The position numbers and the translations under genes are program-made. Shown one piece after another: positions 1 through 9,700 of a stretch of 64,000 bases of DNA (within the stretch, counting starts at the first letter, position 1; the number at the start of each line of letters is the position of its first letter). The DNA comes from Eledone cirrhosa (taxonomy: Eukaryota). The stretch spans positions 431,272,001 to 431,336,000 of the forward strand of contig OZ024740.1 in NCBI GenBank assembly GCA_964016885.1, read 5' to 3'. The notes beneath the pieces were generated by a model. It ran no database searches, had not been told where the DNA came from, and was given only the letters and a program-made list of their open reading frames with translations.

Positions 1-447
1 TCCCTTAACAGGAGTAAAGAGGCCTCTCTACCTTACATGTCTCCAATTGTCAATCTTTAGAGAGGTTGTTATTCCGTTAACAGGAGTAAAGAGTCCTCTC
101 TACCTTACATGTCTCTCATTGTGAATCTTTAGAGAGGTTGTTATTCCCTTAACGGGAGTAAAGAGTCCTCTCTACCTTACATGTCTCCAATTGTCAATCT
201 TTAGAGAGGTTGTTATTCCCTTAACAGGAGTAAAGAGTGCTCTCTACCTTACATGTCTCCAATTGTCAATCTTTAGAGAGGTTGTTATTCCCTTAACAGG
301 AGTAGAGTCCTCTCTACCTTACATGTCTCCAATTGTCAATCTTTAGAGAGGTTGTTATTCACTTAACATGAGTAAAGAGTCCTCTCTACCTTACATGTCT
401 CCAATTGTCAATCTTTAGAGAGGTTGTTATTCCCTTAACAGGAGTAA

Positions 448-519
448 AGAGTCCTCTCTACCTTACATGTCTCCAATTGTCAATCTTTAGAGAGGTTGTT
501 ATTCCCTTAACAGGAGTAA
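448..519 (+). pseudogene. Representative monomer read as a degenerate 24-codon cysteine-type leucine-rich-repeat unit (applies to every monomer)
   Basis: Manual translation of 448-519: AGA GTC CTC TCT ACC TTA CAT GTC TCC AAT TGT CAA TCT TTA GAG AGG TTG TTA TTC CCT TAA CAG GAG TAA = RVLSTLHVSNCQSLERLLFP*QE*. This fits LxxLx[LIV]xxCxxLxxL with 24-aa periodicity. It has two TAA stops per unit and frequent frameshifts along the array, so it is not called a CDS. Confidence 0.55.
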
Positions 520-532
520 AGAGTCCTCTCTA
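488..532 (+). other. Representative 45-nt nested inverted repeat (potential stem-loop) present in each monomer
   Basis: TAGAGAGG (488-495) pairs with CCTCTCTA (525-532). Inside it, TTATTCC (499-505) pairs with GGAGTAA (513-519) with one G-T wobble, closing the loop CTTAACA. Confidence 0.75.
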
Positions 533-3500
533 CTTTACATGTCTCAAATTGTCAATCTTTAGAGAGGTTGTTATTCCCTTAACGGGAGTACAGAGTCCTC
601 TCTACCTTACATATCTCCAATTGTCAATCTTTAGAGAGGTTGTTATTCCCTTAACAGGAGTAAAGAGTGCTCTCTACCTTACATGTCTCCAATTGTCAAT
701 CTTTAGAGAGGTTGTTATTCCCTTAACAGGAGTAAAGAGTCCTCTCTACCTTACATGTCTCCAATTGTCAATCTTTAGAGAGGTTGTTATTCCCTTAACA
801 GGAGTAAAGAGTCCTCTCTACCTTACATGTCTCCAATTGTCAATATTTACAGAGAGGTTGTTATTCCCTTAACAGGAGTAAAGAGTCCTCTCTACTTTAC
901 ATGTCTCCAATTGTCAATCTTTAGAGAGGTTGTTATTCCCTTAACAGGAGTAGAGAGTCCTCTCTACCTTACATGTCTCCAATTGTCAATATTTACAGAG
1001 AGGTTGTTATTCCCTTAACAGGCGTAAAGAGTCCTCTCTACTTTACATGTCTCCAATTGTCAATCTTTAGAGAGGTTGTTATTCCCTTAACAGGAGTAAA
1101 GAGTCCTCTCTACCTTACATGTCTCTCATTGTGAATCTTTAGAGAGGTTGTTATTCCCTTAACAGGAGTAAAGAGTCCTCTCTACCTTACATGTCTCCAA
1201 TTGTCAATCTTTAGAGAGGTTGTTATTCTCTTAACGGGAGTAAAGAGTCCTCTCTACCTTACATGTCTCCAATTGTCAATCTTTAGAGAGGTTGTTATTC
1301 CCTTAACAGGAGTAAAGAGTCCTCTCTACCTTACATGTCTCCAATTGTCAATCTTTAGAGGGGTTGTTATTCCCTTAACAGGAGTAAAGAGTGCTCTCTA
1401 CCTTACATGTCTCCAATTGTCAATCTTTAGAGAGGTTGTTATTCCCTTAACAGGAGTAAAGAGTCCTCTCTACCTTACATGTCTCCAATTGTCAATCTTT
1501 AGAGAGGTTGTTATTCCCTTAACAGGATTAAAGAGTGCTCTCTACCTTACATGTCTCCAATTGTCAATCTTTAGAGAGGTTGTTATTCCCTTAACAGGAG
1601 TAAAGAGTCCTCTCTACCTTACATATCTCCAATTGTCAATCTTTAGAGAGGTTGTTATTCCCTTAACAGGAGTAAAGAGTCCTCTATACCTTACATGTCT
1701 CCAATTGTCAATCTTTACAGAGATGTTGTTATTCCCTTAACAGGAGTAAAGAGTCCACTCTACTTTACATGTCTCCAATTGTCAATCTTTAGAGAAGTTG
1801 TTATTCCCTTAACAGGAGTAAAGAGTCCTCTCTACCTTACATGTCTCCAATTGTCAATCTTTACAGAGAGGTTGTTATTCCCTTAACAGGAGTAAAGAGT
1901 CCTCTCTACCTTACATGTCTCCAATTGTCAATCTTTAGAGAGGTTGTTATTCCCTTAACAGGAGTAAAGAGTCCTCTCTACCTTACATGTCTCCAATTGT
2001 CAATCTTTAGAGAGGTTGTTATTCCCTTAACAGGAGTAAAGAGGCCTCTCTACCTTATATGTCTCCAATTGTCAATCTTTAGAGAGGTTGTTATTCCCTT
2101 AACAGAAGTAAAGAGTCCTCTCTACCTTACATGTCTCCAATTGTCAATCTTTAGAGAGGTTGTTATTCCCTTAACAGGAGTAAAGAGTCCTCTCTACTTT
2201 ACATGTCTCCAATTGTCAATCTTTAGAGAGGTTGTTATTCCCTTAACAGGAGTAGAGAGTCCTCTCTACCTTACATGTCTCCAATTGTCAATATTTACAG
2301 AGAGGTTGTTATTCCCTTAACAGGCGTAAAGAGTCCTCTCTACTTTACATGTCTCCAATTGTCAATCTTTAGAGAGGTTGTTATTCCCTTAACAGGAGTA
2401 GAGAGTCCTCTCTACCTTACAAGTCTCCTAATTGTCAATCTTTAGAGAGGTTGTTATTCCCTTAACAGGAGTAAAGAGTCCTCTCTACCTTACATGTCTC
2501 CAATTGTCAATCTTTAGAGAGGTTGTTATTCCCTTAACAGGAGTAAAGAGTCCTCTCTACCTTACATGTCTCCAATTGTCAATCTTTAGAGAGGTTGTTA
2601 TTCCCTTAACAGGAGTAAAGAGTCCTCTCTACTTTACATGTCTCCAATTGTCAATCTTTAGAGAGGTTGTTATTCTCTTAACGGGAGTAAAGCGTCCTCT
2701 CTACCTTACATGTCTCCAATTGTCAATCTTTAGAGAGGTTGTTATTCCCTTAACAGGAGTAAAGAGTCCTCTCTACCTTACATGTCTCCAATTGTCAATC
2801 TTTAGAGGGGTTGTTATTCCCTTAACAGGAGTAAAGAGTGCTCTCTACCTTACATGTCTCCAATTGTCAATCTTTAGAGAGGTTGTTATTCCCTTAACAG
2901 GAGTAAAGAGTCCTCTCTACCTTACATGTCTCCAATTGTCAATCTTTAGAGAGGTTGTTATTCTCTTAACAGGATTAAAGAGTGCTCTCTACCTTACATG
3001 TCTCCAATTGTCAATCTTTAGAGAGGTTGTTATTCCCTTAACAGGAGTAAAGAGTCCTCTCTACCTTACATGTCTCCAATTGTCAATCTTTACAGAGATG
3101 TTGTTATTCCCTTAACAGGAGTAAAGAGTCCACTCTACTTTACATGTCTCCAATTGTCAATCTTTAGAGAAGTTGTTATTCCCTTAACAGGAGTAAAGAG
3201 TCCTCTCTACCTTACATGTCTCCAATTGTCAATCTTTACAGAGAGGTTGTTATTCCCTTAACAGGAGTAAAGAGTCCTCTCTACCTTACATGTCTCCAAT
3301 TGTCAATCTTTAGAGAGGTTGTTATTCCCTTAACAGGATTAAAGAGTGCTCTCTACCTTACATGTCTCCAATTGTCAATCTTTAGAGAGGTTGTTATTCC
3401 CTTAACAGGAGTAAAGAGTCCTCTCTACCTTACATATCTCCAATTGTCAATCTTTAGAGAGGTTGTTATTCCATTAACAGGAGTAAAGAGTCCTCTCTAC

Positions 3501-3719
3501 CTTACATGTCTCCAATTGTCAATCTTTACAGAGATGTTGTTATTCCCTTAACAGGAGTAAAGAGTCCACTCTACTTTACATGTCTCCAATTGTCAATCTT
3601 TAGAGTTGTTATTCCCTTAACAGGAGTAAAGAGTCCTCTCTACCTTACATGTCTCCAATTGTCAATCTTTACAGAGAGGTTGTTATTCCCTTAACAGGAG
3701 TAAAGAGTCCTCTCTACCT

Positions 3720-6700
3720 TACATGTCTCCAATTGTCAATCTTTAGAGAGGTTGTTATTCCCTTAACAGGAGTAAAGAGTCCTCTCTACCTTTCATGTCT
3801 CCAATTGTCAATCTTTAGAGAGGTTGTTATTCCCTTAACAGGAGTAAAGAGTCCTCTCTACCTTACATGTCTCCAATTGTCAATCTTTAGAGAGGTTGTT
3901 ATTCCCTTAACAGGAGTAAAGAGTCCTCTCTACCTTACAAGTCTCCTAATTGTCAATCTTTAGAGAGGTTGTTATTCCCTTAACAGGAGTAAAGAGTCCT
4001 CTCTACCTTACATGTCTCCAATTGTCAATCTTTAGAGAGGTTGTTATTCCCTTAACAGGAGTAAAGAGTCCTCTCTACCTTACATGTCTCCAATTGTCAA
4101 TCTTTAGAGAGGTTGTTATTCCCTTAACAGGAGTAAAGAGTCCTCTCTACTTTACATGTCTCCAATTGTCAATCTTTAGAGAGGTTGTTATTCTCTTAAC
4201 GGGAGTAAAGCGTCCTCTCTACCTTACATGTCTCCAATTGTCAATCTTTAGAGAGGTTGTTATTCCCTTAACAGGAGTAAAGAGTCCTCTCTACCTTACA
4301 TGTCTCCAATTGTCAATCTTTAGAGGGGTTGTTATTCCCTTAACAGGAGTAAAGAGTGCTCTCTACCTTACATGTCTCCAATTGTCAATCTTTAGAGAGG
4401 TTGTTATTCCCTTAACAGGAGTAAAGAGTCCTCTCTACCTTACATGTCTCCAATTGTCAATCTTTACAGAGAGGTTGTTATTCCCTTAACAGGAGTAAAG
4501 AGTCCTCTCTACTTTACATGTCTCCAATTGTCAATCTTTAGAGAGGTTGTTATTCCCTTAACAGGAGTAAAGAGTCCTCTCTACCTTACATGTCTCCAAT
4601 TGTCAATCTTTAGAGAGGTTGTTATTCCCTTAACAGGAGTAAAGAGTCCTCTCTACCTTACATGTCTCCAATTGTCAATCTTTAGAGAGGTTGTTATTCC
4701 CTTAACAGGAGTAAAGAGTCCTCTCTACTTTACATGTCTCCAATTGTCAATCTTTAGAGAGGTTGTTATTCCCTTAACAGGAGTAGAGACTCCACTCTAC
4801 TTTACATGTCTCCAATTGTCAATCTTTACAGAGAGGTTGTTATTCCCTTAACAGGAGTAAAGAGTCCTCTCTACTTTACACGTCTCCAATTGTCAATCTT
4901 TAGAGAGGTTGTTATTCCCTAAACAGGAGTAGAGTCCTCTCTACCTTACATGTCTCCAATTGTCAATCTTTAGAGAGGTTGTTATTCCCTTAACAGGAGT
5001 AAAGAGGCCTCTCTACCTTACATGTCTCCAATTGTCAATCTTTAGAGAGGTTGTTATTCCCTTAAAAGAAGTAAAGAGTCCTCTCTACCTTACATGTCTC
5101 CAATTGTCAATCTTTAGAGAGGTTGTTATTCCCTTAACAGGAGTAAAGAGTCCTCTCTACTTTACATGTCTCCAATTGTCAATCTTTAGAGAGGTTGTTA
5201 TTCCCTTAACAGGAGTAGAGAGTCCTCTCTGCCTTACATGTCTCCAATTGTCAATATTTACAGAGAGGTTGTTATTCCCTTAACAGGCGTAAAGAGTCCT
5301 CTCTACTTTACATGTCTCCAATTGTCAATCTTTAGAGAGGTTGTTATTCCCTTAACAGGAGTAAAGAGTCCTCTCTACCTTACATGTCTCTCATTGTGAA
5401 TCTTTAGAGAGGTTGTTATTCCCTTAACAGGAGTAAAGAGTCCTCTCTACCTTACATGTCTCCAATTGTCAATCTTTAGAGAGGTTGTTATTCCCTTAAC
5501 AGGAGTAAAGAGTCCTCTCTACCTTACAAGTCTCCTAATTGTCAATCTTTAGAGAGGTTGTTATTCCCTTAACAGGAGTAAAGAGTCCTCTCTACCTTAC
5601 ATGTCTCCAATTGTCAATCTTTAGAGAGGTTGTTATTCCCTTAACAGGAGTAAAGAGTCCTCTCTACCTTACATGTCTCCAATTGTCAATCTTTAGAGAG
5701 GTTGTTATTCCCTTAACAGGAGTAAAGAGTCCTCTCTACTTTACATGTCTCCAATTGTCAATCTTTAGAGAGGTTGTTATTCTCTTAACGGGAGTAAAGC
5801 GTCCTCTCTACCTTACATGTCTCCAATTGTCAATCTTTAGAGAGGTTGTTATTCCCTTAACAGGAGTAAAGAGTCCTCTCTACCTTACATGTCTCCAATT
5901 GTCAATCTTTAGAGGGGTTGTTATTCCCTTAACAGGAGTAAAGAGTGCTCTCTACCTTACATGTCTCCAATTGTCAATCTTTAGAGAGGTTGTTATTCCC
6001 TTAACAGGAGTAAAGAGTCCTCTCTACCTTACATGTCTCCAATTGTCAATCTTTAGAGAGGTTGTTATTCTCTTAACAGGATTAAAGAGTGCTCTCTACC
6101 TTACATGTCTCCAATTGTCAATCTTTAGAGAGGTTGTTATTCCCTTAACAGGAGTAAAGAGTCCTCTCTACCTTACATGTCTCCAATTGTCAATCTTTAC
6201 AGAGATGTTGTTATTCCCTTAACAGGAGTAAAGAGTCCACTCTACTTTACATGTCTCCAATTGTCAATCTTTAGAGAAGTTGTTATTCCCTTAACAGGAG
6301 TAAAGAGTCCTCTCTACCTTACATGTCTCCAATTGTCAATCTTTACAGAGAGGTTGTTATTCCCTTGACAGGAGTAAAGAGTCCTCTCTACCTTACATGT
6401 CTCCAATTGTCAATCTTTAGAGAGGTTGTTATTCCCTTAACAGGATTAAAGAGTGCTCTCTACCTTACATGTCTCCAATTGTCAATCTTTAGAGAGGTTG
6501 TTATTCCCTTAACAGGAGTAAAGAGTCCTCTCTACCTTACATATCTCCAATTGTCAATCTTTAGAGAGGTTGTTATTCCATTAACAGGAGTAAAGAGTCC
6601 TCTCTACCTTACATGTCTCCAATTGTCAATCTTTACAGAGATGTTGTTATTCCCTTAACAGGAGTAAAGAGTCCACTCTACTTTACATGTCTCCAATTGT

Positions 6701-9700
6701 CAATCTTTAGAGAAGTTGTTATTCCCTTAACAGGAGTAAAGAGTCCTCTCTACCTTACATGTCTCCAATTGTCAATCTTTACAGAGAGGTTGTTATTCCC
6801 TTAACAGGAGTAAAGAGTCCTCTCTACCTTACATGTCTCCAATTGTCAATCTTTAGAGAGGTTGTTATTCCCTTAACAGGAGTAAAGAGTCCTCTCTACC
6901 TTACATGTCTCCAATTGTCAATCTTTAGAGAGGTTGTTATTCCCTTAACAGGAGTAAAGAGTCCTCTCTACCTTACATGTCTCCAATTGTCAATCTTTAG
7001 AGAGGTTGTTATTCCCTTAACAGGAGTAAAGAGTCCTCTCTACCTTACATGTCTCCAATTGTCAATCTTTAGAGAGGTTGTTATTCCCTTAACAGGAGTA
7101 AAGAGTCCTCTCTACTTTACATGTCTCAAATTGTCAATCTTTAGAGAGGTTGTTATTCCCTTAACGGGAGTACAGAGTCCTCTCTACCTTACATATCTCC
7201 AATTGTCAATCTTTAGAGAGGTTGTTATTCCCTTAACAGGAGTAAAGAGTGCTCTCTACCTTACATGTCTCCAATTGTCAATCTTTAGAGAGGTTGTTAT
7301 TCCCTTAACAGGAGTAAAGAGTCCTCTCTACCTTACATGTCTCCAATTGTCAATCTTTAGAGAGGTTGTTATTCCCTTAACAGGAGTAGAGAGTCCTCTC
7401 TACCTTACATGTCTCCAATTGTCAATATTTACAGAGAGGTTGTTATTCCCTTAACAGGCGTAAAGAGTCCTCTCTACTTTACATGTCTCCAATTGTCAAT
7501 CTTTAGAGAGGTTGTTATTCCCTTAACAGGAGTAAAGAGTCCTCTCTACCTTACATGTCTCTCATTGTGAATCTTTAGAGAGGTTGTTATTCCCTTAACA
7601 GGAGTAAAGAGTCCTCTCTACCTTACATGTCTCCAATTGTCAATCTTTAGAGAGGTTGTTATTCTCTTAACGGGAGTAAAGAGTCCTCTCTACCTTACAT
7701 GTCTCCAATTGTCAATCTTTAGAGAGGTTGTTATTCCCTTAACAGGAGTAAAGAGTCCTCTCTACCTTACATGTCTCCAATTGTCAATCTTTAGAGGGGT
7801 TGTTATTCCCTTCACAGGAGTAAAGAGTGCTCTCTACCTTACATGTCTCCAATTGTCAATCTTTAGAGAGGTTGTTATTCCCTTAACAGGAGTAAAGAGT
7901 CCTCTCTACCTTACATGTCTCCAATTGTCAATCTTTAGAGAGGTTGTTATTCCCTTAACAGGATTAAAGAGTGCTCTCTACCTTACATGTCTCCAATTGT
8001 CAATCTTTAGAGAGGTTGTTATTCCCTTAACAGGAGTAAAGAGTCCTCTCTACCTTACATATCTCCAATTGTCAATCTTTAGAGAGGTTGTTATTCCCTT
8101 AACAGGAGTAAAGAGTCCTCTATACCTTACATGTCTCCAATTGTCAATCTTTACAGAGATGTTGTTATTCCCTTAACAGGAGTAAAGAGTCCACTCTACT
8201 TTACATGTCTCCAATTGTCAATCTTTAGAGAAGTTGTTATTCCCTTAACAGGAGTAAAGAGTCCTCTCTACCTTACATGTCTCCAATTGTCAATCTTTAC
8301 AGAGAGGTTGTTATTCCCTTAACAGGAGTAAAGAGTCCTCTCTACCTTACATGTCTCCAATTGTCAATCTTTAGAGAGGTTGTTATTCCCTTAACAGGAG
8401 TAAAGAGTCCTCTCTACCTTACATGTCTCCAATTGTCAATCTTTAGAGAGGTTGTTATTCCCTTAACAGGAGTAAAGAGTCCTCTCTACCTTACATGTCT
8501 CCAATTGTCAATCTTTAGAGAGGTTGTTATTCCCTTAACAGGAGTAAAGAGTCCTCTCTACTTTACATGTCTCCAATTGTCAATCTTTAGAGAGGTTGTT
8601 ATTCCCTTAACAGGAGTAGAGACTCCACTCTACTTTACATGTCTCCAATTGTCAATCTTTACAGAGAGGTTGTTATTCCCTTAACAGGAGTAAAGAGTCC
8701 TCTCTACTTTACACGTCTCCAATTGTCAATCTTTAGAGAGGTTGTTATTCCCTAAACAGGAGTAGAGTCCTCTCTACCTTACATGTCTCCAATTGTCAAT
8801 CTTTAGAGAGGTTGTTATTCCCTTAACAGGAGTAAAGAGGCCTCTCTACCTTACATGTCTCCAATTGTCAATCTTTAGAGAGGTTGTTATTCCCTTAAAA
8901 GAAGTAAAGAGTCCTCTCTACCTTACATGTCTCCAATTGTCAATCTTTAGAGAGGTTGTTATTCCCTTAACAGGAGTAAAGAGTCCTCTCTACTTTACAT
9001 GTCTCCAATTGTCAATCTTTAGAGAGGTTGTTATTCCCTTAACAGGAGTAGAGAGTCCTCTCTACCTTACATGTCTCCAATTGTCAATATTTACAGAGAG
9101 GTTGTTATTCCCTTAACAGGCGTAAAGAGTCCTCTCTACTTTACATGTCTCCAATTGTCAATCTTTAGAGAGGTTGTTATTCCCTTAACAGGAGTAAAGA
9201 GTCCTCTCTACCTTTCATGTCTCCAATTGTCAATCTTTAGAGAGGTTGTTATTCCCTTAACAGGAGTAAAGAGTCCTCTCTACCTTACATGTCTCCAATT
9301 GTCAATCTTTAGAGAGGTTGTTATTCCCTTAACAGGAGTAAAGAGTCCTCTCTACCTTACAAGTCTCCTAATTGTCAATCTTTAGAGAGGTTGTTATTCC
9401 CTTAACAGGAGTAAAGAGTCCTCTCTACCTTACATGTCTCCAATTGTCAATCTTTAGAGAGGTTGTTATTCCCTTAACAGGAGTAAAGAGTCCTCTCTAC
9501 CTTACATGTCTCCAATTGTCAATCTTTAGAGAGGTTGTTATTCCCTTAACAGGAGTAAAGAGTCCTCTCTACTTTACATGTCTCCAATTGTCAATCTTTA
9601 GAGAGGTTGTTATTCTCTTAACGGGAGTAAAGCGTCCTCTCTACCTTACATGTCTCCAATTGTCAATCTTTAGAGAGGTTGTTATTCCCTTAACAGGAGT

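Larger units (their letters stand above)
1..4465 (+). repeat. Higher-order block repeated at ~21899-26507
   Basis: ORF-track landmarks and diagnostic variants recur at offset 21898 (405/22303, 1201/23099, 1841/23739). After a two-monomer difference near 2400 they recur at offset 22042 (2432/24474, 3506/25548, 3950/25992). Boundaries approximate. Confidence 0.85.

Noticed and set aside
455-483. Sigma70-like promoter on the minus strand: TTGACA, 17 bp, TAGAGA in each monomer
   Set aside because: The -35 box and spacing are perfect, but the -10 box matches 3/6 and lacks the conserved final T. There is no downstream gene and no sign of a bacterial context.
423-494. Monomer as a dimer of 36-bp subunits
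   Set aside because: The halves do not align. Only short similarities exist (CCTTAACAGG vs CCTTACATG; TAAAGAG vs TAGAGAG), at offsets of about 28 and 43 bp.
499-519. tRNA anticodon-arm-like stem with 7-nt loop CTTAACA (tRNA- or SINE-derived repeat)
   Set aside because: No purine at the position-37 equivalent, no D or T arms, and no A/B boxes or GTTC motif.
495-521. Possible tiny GT-AG intron (GTTGTTATTCCCTTAACAGGAGTAAAG, 27 nt) with branch-point-like CTTAAC that would remove both TAA stops in frame
   Set aside because: The donor GTTGTT is poor and an earlier AG would compete (the 19-nt version shifts frame into a stop). The spliced unit would be 15 aa, too short for an LRR. Only spliced RNA reads could revive it.
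488-559. Hammerhead ribozyme, as found in some transcribed satellites
   Set aside because: The core motifs CUGANGA and GAAA are absent from both strands of the consensus.
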